Shown here in pieces: positions 34,401 through 44,600 of a DNA stretch of 64,000 nt. How positions within the stretch are numbered: the first letter of the stretch is position 1; each line of letters opens with the position of its first letter. The position numbers and the translations under genes are program-made. The notes beneath the pieces were generated by a model. It saw only the letters and a program-made list of their open reading frames with translations. It was not told the origin of the DNA and did not search any database. The stretch is from Schizochytrium sp. TIO01 (Eukaryota > Protista > Bigyra: Labyrinthulomycetes), in NCBI GenBank assembly GCA_004764695.1, contig SMSO01000033.1:2790001-2854000 (forward strand), in the 5' to 3' direction.

Positions 34401-34534
34401 TGCGTGGCACAGAAGAGCAGGCGAGGCAGTTCTTCGCAGTTGCCCCGAGAAGTTATCATAAATAACATAAATAATAAGTACCCTTGCGTCCGTTCTTTTG
34501 CCTCTGTTCTTATTTTCGTCTGTTCTTTGGGCTC

Positions 34535-34612
34535 TGCGCTTCGCTTCGCTTTGCTTTGCTTTGCTTTGGATTGAATTGAATTGCTTTGGATTGCTTTGGA
34601 TTGCTTTGGATC
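34535..34612. repeat. Compound pentamer microsatellite (TTCGC/TTTGC/TTGGA/TTGAA)
   Basis: Directly visible. Further (AGAT)n near 34773-34808 and (GTTA/GTTT)n near 35218-35305. Confidence 0.8.
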
Positions 34613-35454
34613 CATTCCAAGTCAAGTGAGGTAGGATTCCGATGCTTGATGCGCTAAACCCATTCTCTGCGAAAGCCTGCAGCAGCGGGAAGGCTCTCAG
34701 CCTCTCAGCGTGTGCTCGAGCAGCGTAGCTCGAAGTTCGTCAAGATCCCCAATCACAAAGATGTCTCCAGAATTAGAATTAGATAGATAGATCATAGATA
34801 AATAGATCTGTAAATCGCATCGAATTTTGCACGCAATCGATGGTTTTGAATTAGTTCACTCGCTCGCTCCAGCTTGGGTCCCGACTCCGCGAGCTCGCCA
34901 GCACGAGGCCAGAGACACGTCCCGAGGCCGCTCCGCCCGACCCGCTCTCGCCGGCCGTGCCCTCGGCACTATCGCGAACCGAGGCGCCGAAGCGGAGCAG
35001 CCAGGAAGCCTCGAACAGAGAGCTCTGCGAGAGACGAGACGGACCGAATGTCCCACGCGTAGCAGTAGGTTAGCAGGAGGCTACGGTGCGCAGGAGGGCA
35101 ATAGATCCACGATGGAGGGCGTGGAAGCTGTGAATGCTCGCTCTCATTGGAATTGGTCGATGATTGTGATTGATGATGGATTGATTGGCTGCTTTGTAGG
35201 GAGGGAGTCGTAGAAGCTGTTGGTTGGTGAGTTAGTTAGTTAGTTAGTTAGTTTGTTTGATTGTTTGTTTGATTGTTTGGTAGGTAGATTTAGTTGTTAG
35301 TTTTGGTTGCGAAGATTGAATGAAAGATTTGTGAATTGCGAGCGCAGGAGGCCTGAAAGTTTGGCAAGAGGCTGCTTGCTGGACGCAGCAGATCCCGAAC
35401 GCGAGTTTGAAGATTGGGAAAACTTGGTGAAGAACAGCAAGGAGGAGGAGAAAG

Positions 35455-36228
35455 ATGTGCGACAACGGAGAGCAGAACCAGGGTTCCTGCTGCCCGCCGG
35501 GCAGTCTGCCGGCGCTTAAGGTACCTGAAGACTACAAGCCCCAGGGCACCTGGGATGAGCTGAGCGATGGCTTCAAGGTGTACACGGTGGACAAGTCCAA
35601 CGCCGAGGCCAAGCGGGCGATTGTGGTGATTAGTGATATTTTCGGCGCTGACACCAGTCGCCATGCTGGTGTCTGTGACACTCTTGCGGAGAACCTCGAA
35701 TGCGTTGTGGTTATGCCGGATTTGCACCGCGGTGATGGCCTCGTTCCGGACCATCTCGGCAAGCCTGAGATGTACGAGCAGGTGAAGCGCCACCCGATTG
35801 AAGACGTCCAACGCGACCTCGACGAGATTTACGCGAAGCTCAGCAAGGAAGACGTTACTTCTATTGGCTTGATTGGCTTTTGCTGGGGAGCCTGGGTTGT
35901 CTTTCATGAGTCTACACGCTGCGCCGATGAACGTCTTCGTGCTGGCGCTAACTTCCACCCTTCCCTTGGAATTGAACAGGTCTTTGGTGGCAAGGTCGAA
36001 GACCTCGCCGCTGGTATCAAGCTGCCGCAGCTGATGGCCCCTACCGGAGACGAGGACAAGAATGTAAAGCCTGGAGGCTGCCTTCCTGAGGACAAAATCG
36101 TTTTCGAGCTCTTTGAGGAATGCAAGCACGGTTTCATGGTCCGTGGTGATGTGAAGGACGAAACCACGCGTGGACATGTCGAGCGTGGTCTCAAGGTGTG
36201 TACTGAATTCTTTCGCAACAAGCTCTAA
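35455..36228 (+). CDS. Dienelactone hydrolase family (alpha/beta hydrolase)
   Basis: SDIFG, PDL, nucleophile motif GFCWG, HPS and KHGFMVRGD. Confidence 0.9.
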   Translation: MCDNGEQNQGSCCPPGSLPALKVPEDYKPQGTWDELSDGFKVYTVDKSNAEAKRAIVVISDIFGADTSRHAGVCDTLAENLECVVVMPDLHRGDGLVPDHLGKPEMYEQVKRHPIEDVQRDLDEIYAKLSKEDVTSIGLIGFCWGAWVVFHESTRCADERLRAGANFHPSLGIEQVFGGKVEDLAAGIKLPQLMAPTGDEDKNVKPGGCLPEDKIVFELFEECKHGFMVRGDVKDETTRGHVERGLKVCTEFFRNKL

Positions 36229-37525
36229 ATTCCATGAAAGATCACACAGATTTCTACGCTGTGGATGTCAGCTTTATTTTCTTTTCAATAATAATCAGCA
36301 GGCGCCACAGGTCCTTATACTGCCAAGACCCTGCCCGCTTCCATGAATAAAGGACTTGAATGAAAGCCTCAGTAAATATGCTCTTACTATCAAATTCGAG
36401 GTAAGCAGTAACATAATCATCTTTTAAAATAAGCAAAGGTTTCCAGATTCCATCTACCAGTTGAAGCAACATATGCGATACCCCCCGCCCACCACTGGGC
36501 AAGCAACAAAACAACTTTTGTTCGTGCATGAAAACCTTGTCCTTTGAACTTTAATACAAGATTTGAGAACAAATGGACGATGCTACCCCTTGAAAGCTTC
36601 AGCTTCTTCAATCCCTACACATTACTCACATTACAATTTATTTTTTTATAAAATGAAAACAAGAGCACGGCTACGCTTTAGAGCGGCTTTTTTTTTTTTT
36701 ACGAACTTTGCGTCAAGACAGATGAAGCGATACAACGTATTTAAAACACAGATCTATTTCACTTGCAAAGAAATCAAGGGTATTCGCAAAGGAGACCGAG
36801 TGCATTCATTTCGGCTATTTGGGAACTTTATATAAGGAGAAAACAGAATAAATTTAGTGTTACTGCTGTTTGCAGATCCTTCCTTATTTGAAAATCTTAT
36901 GTTCAAAGTTTGGCATATTTATGTTTGTTTCTAATTTCAAAGCTATCACGAGAATAGAATCTCCCGTTTTTAATTGATGTGTTTCCATAGCGTGAGCAAT
37001 GCTTTGCCCTTTTTCTACAACATGCTAAAAAGATAATAAAGACGTTGATGATGATGTCAATCTCGATGTCTGCATATATTATTTTATCGCATTTCACACA
37101 AGGTAGGACCAAATTCATGAAATACTGTTTGGACAAGCAATTATCAGAAAAAAAAACAAAAACAAAAACGTGTCACATAACATCTCGAGTACTCATCATA
37201 TCTGCGTCCTTTTGGTCTCCGCAGGGAAGATTTAAAGAATACTTTGTCTACAATCAAAGCACTAGATCTCAACCGAGGCTTTATGTGACTGGATAGTTCT
37301 TATTTTGCTTGCCATTTTTATGCAGATATAGACGTTCGGTGGGTCCTGTCAGAGCCAAATCACTCCAGTTCAATTCCAAAAAAGCGTTTACAGGGATAGA
37401 GGCCTCCCTCCCATTCTTCGTACAACTTTCGCAAATCGCTCGCAATACGCAACGGCTACCATGGTAGTTATCTACCTAGGTACAGTAGTATCCTGAAATA
37501 TTCTCTGTCAGCGTACTAATCGACG

Positions 37526-37569
37526 GCGTTGATGCGTACCGTACTCAGCGTTGATGCGTACCGTACTCA
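37526..37569. repeat. Perfect 22-bp tandem duplication
   Basis: GCGTTGATGCGTACCGTACTCA occurs twice in a row. Confidence 0.9.
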
Positions 37570-38499
37570 GGAGTCGTACGTCTTTTTGGGTCTCTCACTG
37601 ACCCATCTACTCCCATTCTGGGGCTTGACCGCTGCTTTTGCAGCAGCAGTTTGTTCTGGCTATTCTTCCCAAACAGGTTCAATTACGAAGACAACATCTT
37701 GGATCCTGCAAAGGTACTGGGTAGTAGCGTTTTTGGTCACCACTGGTTTTGGGTGGGAATTGGTGAGTCTGCCTGGGTACTATACCTCCTAGAGCTTTTT
37801 GATACGCCCACGAGAGCAAAAGAACGCCATGATTGTCTCGATACGGATCTTGAGCTGGCTCTTGGTTCCCCAAGCGTTTCCGCTTTCAAGTTAATAAGAT
37901 TAAGAAAACATGAAAAGAATGGCGGTAATAAAAAAAATCTATAATTGATTTGAGAGTTTCCTCCTCACTTGGCGTACACAAGCTCATAAATCTTCATGGT
38001 ATTCTCAGTTACTTGGGAAGTCCGCGTCTTGAGTGAATGCGGACGTTTCGCTTCTTTCTTCTAGCAATTATCATTTGGTGCTATCTATACAATGCCAATC
38101 GAACCATTTTTGATAAATCAAAAGGTATATAGATGGTAGCAGTGCCGAGGAATAATCTCGCACGCTGTGACGTTCGATGTAACACGAGAGTCCTCTTTTA
38201 CACAGACCTCTGCCTTACCAAGTATGATTCTCTGCGTTATTTATTATGTACTTTGTTTTGCGCAAATGACAAGCACACACCTCCAATGCCTTGACACCAT
38301 GCTTGTGGCGCACGGGTGCAGGCTCGCCGCAAGTAGTAGATGACCAGCATGTTGCGGGTGAGCAATCGTGCTGTCATGGTGACAGGTCTGGACTCAATGG
38401 GAGTTCACGCCAGCTGTGACACACGCAATCAACTTGAACGGTAGAGAGCTATTCAAGTTTGCGTAGCTTAGAAGGTCCAGTCCAAGGTAGGTAAGTAAG

Positions 38500-38533
<34 letters not shown>

Positions 38534-39035
38534 TGTAGGAGCGAGTAGTGACTCTTTCTTTTGTGCTTAGCGAAAACTGGACCACAGAGAACAGCATTAG
38601 ACAGCACTTGGAATGCAGAGCACGCCTTGAGACAACATGGGAAAACACAATTCTTCAATAGTTGATAGCTCAACGGGTGAGGATTGGCCTCTAGATGCTA
38701 CCAAAGGCCTTGCCTTTTCAATGCAGGCCTTGGGAACTAGGTATCAAGTTACCAAAACAACTTAAAAAAAAAAAAAAAAAAAAAAAGCTGAGTGAAAGCC
38801 AAATTGCAATTGGATAGATACCCCACTTCATTGCAATACTACTATTAGGGACTCTAGTCAGGCACCTAACTAGGGAATTAAAGTATTTTCCTTTTAAAAA
38901 AATAAAGTCGTAATACCAAGCGGTACTTTAAGTTCGAGCTTCGTGGGTCCGAGATTCAGGTGAGCAAACCTAGAATAGAAACTCGTCGCGTGAGTCTGTC
39001 AAAGCGCTTGACAGAAACTTGATTGGAGATTCAAA

Positions 39036-41390
39036 ATGGAGAGTAATGCTGGCTCAGTGCGACAGCAGGGCCTTGGCATGGCATCGTGCGTTGACCACAA
39101 TCAGAGAACGGACCACAGCGTAGACACCGTCGCAGAGAGTCTTCAAAATGTCAATATTACAGGAGCAACAGCTCAAGGCACTCCAATACCCCCTCCACCA
39201 CCACCACCACCATCATCAACAACAACAATGCCATTGCCACCTCCACCTCCACCTCCACCTCGAAGGAACCTCACAGGCAGGCGGCAGTCAGATGCATCGT
39301 CAGGCTCGTCGATGTCTGCAACGAGCCTTCCTGAAGGGACCGTCCGGAAACCAATTCTAATCGTCCCAGGGTTCATGTCGAGTGCTTTAAAAGTCGAGGC
39401 CTCAAATGTGGTGCAGCGGTGGGAAAATAAGCGAATATGGATGAGCTTGCAGAGGCTAGGTTTCACAGGCAAGGTTTTAGGCACCACAAGCCTGTTTGAG
39501 ACCAACGATGAAGATGTTGAGCAAATCAAGATGAAGAACGACTGGCTACTCCATCTCACGCTGCAACCAGACTTGCTTTCGGAGCGTGACGGAATTTCAG
39601 TACGCGCAATCGAAGGTCTTCATGGGGTGGACTTCCTCGAACCGGGACTATTTTTGAACGCACAAACTTACGTGTTCGGACCTCTTATCAAAACTCTTGT
39701 CAAGAAGGGGGGATACACGCGTGATAAGGATCTCGATGCTATGTCATATGATTGGCGAATGCCCCCAGGAGTACTTGAGGAAAGAGATCAATATTTCACG
39801 CGTTCTCTTGAGCGCATCGAGCGAATGTACCATGAGAATGATCAACAGCGTGTCGTACTTTTGTGTCATTCAATGGGCTGCCAGATGGCAGAGTATATGC
39901 TTCAATTTGCTTTGAGAAATCGAGGCCGTTCATGGATCGATAAATATGTTGACACTTATATTCCTATTGGTGGTCCGCACCTCGGCTCCCCAAGCGCACT
40001 TGCAAGTGTTGTGAGAGGATCAAATATGGGCCTACCGCGAACATTCTTGTCAACTCATGCCGCACTCATTTTGGGCCGATCCCTCGGATCAACGCCCCTA
40101 CTTCTCCCTGTTCACCCAGATGGTCGTATCGAATCTCAGCCCGAGGCATCAGCATGCATCTTTGCGCCAATAGTCAAGCAAACAGGTATGCTACGGATTA
40201 AGGTTGACAACTTGGATCTGCGAGTGCTTGCTTCCTTTTATCGCAATCTGGGCCAGCTTCGTCTCCGCATAAAATTTGCATCGACTACCTTAAATACACC
40301 ATGGTATGAAGCCCATCCAATATTATTGGTCGAACCTGTTCATGGGGAAACCGACGCTCTGATGTTTGAAATGGAGGCACCTATTCGCTTGGGACAAGGA
40401 GATGACTTTCTCACACTTGAAATTGTGGAGCAAGTCCTCGCCCCGGATATCACTGCACGGCGGCTTTTGGGCCATCCCATAGTGGAACATCTACCAAAGG
40501 CGCCCTCTCTAGGCTCTAAGGTCCGCGAAGCTGTGTACAACAGCACCCTTGGTACTTTGCGTGCTATTGACCCTGGACATGTCATTTGTAGGTCCGAATT
40601 TCGACTCGCTGACATCCTCACAGCGAATTATGTTCCCAATACACCGACGGTTATGTGCTTCCCGATATCTTGTGCATCCAGCTCGCGATCACGCAAAGGA
40701 TGTAATGCTGCTGCACAAATGGAAATCACATGGTTACCACCAGAGCTTCTGCATCAGCTAGCACACGCACAAATGTCACAATCACCATCTTTTGTTACGA
40801 CCTCAGAAATTCGCGATGCCAAACATAAAAAGGGAATGAACCCTGAGAGCTCGCAATATATGCGCTACACTCCAGTTGATCTACTTAAGATCGAAGGCCT
40901 GCACGACACGGTGCGCTTATGGGAATCGTATTTCTACCAACAAGACCCATGCATTAAGACTTCTGCACCACCTGTTTCGAACGTCTTTGCTATTTATGGC
41001 ACCAACATTAAAACCATGATAACTTGTGTATACAAACGCCAATCCAAGCAAGTTTGCTCAACAATTTTGAGCAACGATTACGCAGTTGATACGTCAGCAC
41101 AGATCGATCACGCGTTTGTTAAATCGCTTGGGGTCAAAATGGAAAAGGGCGTTATCTACGAAACTTATCGAACCCCTCAGCCAGATGGAAGAACGATAAG
41201 TGGTGATGGAACTGTGCCATATCAGACGCTTGCTCACGTACAAACATGGAAAGACAAGTGTAACGTGAGGGTAGAGGAAATCACTGGAGAAGAGCATCGT
41301 GCAATCCTTCGCAGCCAAAAGTTACATCAAATACTCCTTGATTATCTTGTCACTGTACCAACAGGCTATAGTGCCCCTCTAGCCGAATAA
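39036..41390 (+). CDS. LCAT/PDAT-family acyltransferase or phospholipase
   Basis: PILIVPGFMSSAL, YDWR, HSMG (Ser), GGPHLGS, GDGTVP (Asp) and EHRAIL (His). Poly-Pro N-terminus. Confidence 0.88.
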   Translation: MESNAGSVRQQGLGMASCVDHNQRTDHSVDTVAESLQNVNITGATAQGTPIPPPPPPPPSSTTTMPLPPPPPPPPRRNLTGRRQSDASSGSSMSATSLPEGTVRKPILIVPGFMSSALKVEASNVVQRWENKRIWMSLQRLGFTGKVLGTTSLFETNDEDVEQIKMKNDWLLHLTLQPDLLSERDGISVRAIEGLHGVDFLEPGLFLNAQTYVFGPLIKTLVKKGGYTRDKDLDAMSYDWRMPPGVLEERDQYFTRSLERIERMYHENDQQRVVLLCHSMGCQMAEYMLQFALRNRGRSWIDKYVDTYIPIGGPHLGSPSALASVVRGSNMGLPRTFLSTHAALILGRSLGSTPLLLPVHPDGRIESQPEASACIFAPIVKQTGMLRIKVDNLDLRVLASFYRNLGQLRLRIKFASTTLNTPWYEAHPILLVEPVHGETDALMFEMEAPIRLGQGDDFLTLEIVEQVLAPDITARRLLGHPIVEHLPKAPSLGSKVREAVYNSTLGTLRAIDPGHVICRSEFRLADILTANYVPNTPTVMCFPISCASSSRSRKGCNAAAQMEITWLPPELLHQLAHAQMSQSPSFVTTSEIRDAKHKKGMNPESSQYMRYTPVDLLKIEGLHDTVRLWESYFYQQDPCIKTSAPPVSNVFAIYGTNIKTMITCVYKRQSKQVCSTILSNDYAVDTSAQIDHAFVKSLGVKMEKGVIYETYRTPQPDGRTISGDGTVPYQTLAHVQTWKDKCNVRVEEITGEEHRAILRSQKLHQILLDYLVTVPTGYSAPLAE

Positions 41391-41657
41391 AGTAAAGTGA
41401 TGTATATTGCAGCATTGAACAAGTTAAATATGCCAGACAAACGCAATGAAAAGTTCATAGATGTTCTCTGCATTCCGCGATTGCAAAATGCAACCCGCTT
41501 GCTCTGCTCCTGGATTTATAAAGTTGGTGGCAAAAGAAACAGAAACTACAGATTTTACAAAGTAGGACACCTCAACACTAAATCGAAGAGAAGACCATTA
41601 AATCAATACAAAGTTTTGAATATAATTTCTAATAAAAAAGATGCAACATTTATTTTT

Positions 41658-44600
41658 TTACGAGTTTCCGCCGCCGAAAAACATACCTACAACACTACGA
41701 GCGGCACCGCCCGCACCTTCAGAGTCTATTTGAGATCGAATTTTATCCATTTCCTGAGGAGAAAATTGCAGAATTGTACTCACAACGGGCAATAAGGTTT
41801 TGCGCTCACTTGCGTCTGCCGTCACCATATACTTGAAGACGACATGTTTAAGGTATGTAAGATTTTCTTGAGCCCTCTGTGCTTCGCTAGCTTCTTCGCC
41901 TGCTGCTGACAATGTTTGAGTACGAGCGAGAGCTCGGCGAAGATCGCGAATCTCTTCCTTCAAAACGGCCACTTGCTCAGTTAAAAGACGATGCTCGCCT
42001 TCCACATCTTCTGTATGTTCACGAAGCACGTCCATTTCACGCTGCCAAACAATGCGCTCGCGTGCGTGCTGAGAGTGTAGTGCATCAAGTTGCTCGACAA
42101 ACAAGGATTGCGACTGTGAAATAACCGACGCTGCGGTTCCATGCATACCTTCATCAAGAGGAGACATGTCAAATGATTTTGATGGGTGCATGGAAGAAGC
42201 TGCAGCAGCGGCGGCGATTAATGGATCCATGTGGCCATTGTGAGACTCCACTCGGCTGCGAGAGTATGCTCCGCCCGGTTGCTCATCGTCCATACTGGAA
42301 AAGCTAGAGCGTGAGAATCGTCGATTCCGGCTACTAATATTCGTTGAGAGAATGCGTTCATCAGTGCTGCCCACTCCAGAATCAGGCTCCTCGAGGTGCG
42401 CAGTTGTTTCTCCCGCTCGATCAGCTTCAACGCCTGTCTTTTCTGGTTCTCCCAATCCAGGTTCACGACGCTGCTGGTGCTGGTCGCTTTGGCGAGACAT
42501 TTTCCAATACGATGAAGAATGCCGCCCTGTAACAGGTGGTTTGGTTGCTGCCTGTGCCCGCTGAAGACTATCTTTTAGTTCCTCGATTTCCTGTTTTGCT
42601 GCTGCATAAAGGCTATCAAGACGCTTCCTTTCTGTGGTCACTTCCTGCAAGGATTTTTCGGTTTGCTTCTGAGTTGTAGACGTGTTTTCTAACTCAGTCT
42701 GTAAGGCCGAGACCTTGCGTTCCAGCACGGCAAGACCCTCCTCGTATTCTTTACGGGCAGTCTCCAAAGCCTCTTCGTTTCCGTTGGCCAGTCGTTGTTG
42801 CATATCCTCAAATCTTTGAGAGATTGAGGCCTCAAGCTCGTTTCGTGATTTCTCAGCAGCGGCCAAGTCTCTTCGAGCCGCGGAAAGTGCAATGTCAATG
42901 TTCTCCTTTTCTGCTTGGATATTCTCAATTTCCTCTTGTTTCTTATCCACTTGGCGTGTGACACGAGCCAACTCTGATTCAAGTTGCGCCCGAAGCTTGG
43001 CCTCCGTCGCCTTTGCTTTGGCGTCGACCTTTTTGGCACCTTCCTTTGCAGCCTTGACGGCGAGCTGAGCATTACGCCGTGCTTTAGCCAAATCTGTTTC
43101 AAGATGCTCCTTTTCAGCCATTGCCCAGGCTGCCTGTTCACGATACTCGTGCATTTGGTGTTCACACTCCTTTCGCACAACCTCGTCGACTGGGTCTGGA
43201 AGCACATAACGTTTACCTTTGGCCCACGAAGAATAGGTGTCAGCATCTACCCAGCGCACAAGTGAAGTAGATTTTTCCTCCTCTTCTTCGCCGCTACCAT
43301 TGACTGCTAGGGTTACTGTATTTGTGTTATTGTGTTCTTCTTCCACCCCATTCGCCGAAGCAGACGGGCCCTGACGAACACGAACAGCAACGTATAGAGT
43401 TGATTTCATACGAACCACGCATAACGCATCCTTTGCAGGACTGAACCCAAATGGCGCCTCCTGATTCGCTTGCTGAGTTTCCCGGAGGGACTCTAACTCG
43501 GTGCGTGCCTCGGTTAGCATTTGCTTTAGTTTAGTGGCAAAGGACTCATGACCCTCAACTTCTTTCTTTAGACGATCACACTCTTGCTCGAGCTTACTAC
43601 GAGCGTTTCGCTCATCTTCGACAGTTTGTGATGCGCTTGATTGGGCACTTTCAAGTTTAATTTTTGAGTCAGCTTGGGCCTGTGCAGCGACAAATCGTCG
43701 CCAGTGGGAGAATGCAGTAAGCTGCTGTCGCCGAGTAAGACTTCCCCTGTCAATGAGTTGGAGTACAGCACCAACATGTTTGGTTTTAGCCTGATCTCTT
43801 TCCTGTATACTTGTGTTCAACCTGTCCTTAAGAGCTTTGAAGCGCTTGCCGAGTTCTGCGCCGCGCTTCTTCCACTCTTGCACCTTCTTTTCTAGCAATG
43901 CACGCTCTTGGGAAGCCTCTTCCCGCTGAGCGGCCGCGTTAGCCTCCGCAGCAGCTAGAAGAGCATTTGCACGAAGAGAGGTTTCCAAGGCGAGCTCCTC
44001 TCTACTCTCTGCCAAAGCTAGGGCTTGGAGAAGCGAGGTTACATCAGCCTCGTTGCCAGGATTGGTTACACTATGAACAACTGCAGGTTCAGCATGCGTA
44101 AGGTCGGTATCACCTGCAGTATCAACTTCTGGTTTCTGATCTTCCATGCGATCATGGTCTTGATCTTGTTTCTGCTCCGGCAGAGATTGAGAACCAATAT
44201 CTTCACAAGTGGCATCACCAGGAGCTGGTAAACTAGTCTTGGTCATCGCCTCCTCTAGTTGGGCACGGAGGTCCATAATGACGGCCTGGGCCTCTTCGAG
44301 TTGCCCACGTAATGTGTGAATGTTCTCTATGTCCTCCTGTTTGATATCGTCATCAGTCTCTTTGGTTGCATTATCTTCAGAGGATGATGGCATGGATAAT
44401 TGAGCCTGATCAAGTGCAGTTTGCAAGTCAACAACTAGTGCAGCCTTCTCTGACGCCAAAGCTTGGGCATCCTCAAGCTCCATATGGAGGCCCCTGAGTT
44501 CCTCCATGCGGTCTTGATCTCTTTTCTCAGCCTGTTCAAGCTGTTGGCGTAGCTCTTCAATGTGAACAGCATGTTCCTGTTTAGACGCCCCCACTTGCTC

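Noticed and set aside
35290-36177. 295-aa antisense ORF
   Set aside because: Mirror frame of the dienelactone hydrolase; no motifs.
38500-38786. (TA)n and poly-A run as a retroelement tail
   Set aside because: No target-site duplication or RT remnant seen; similar runs are common in these intergenic regions.
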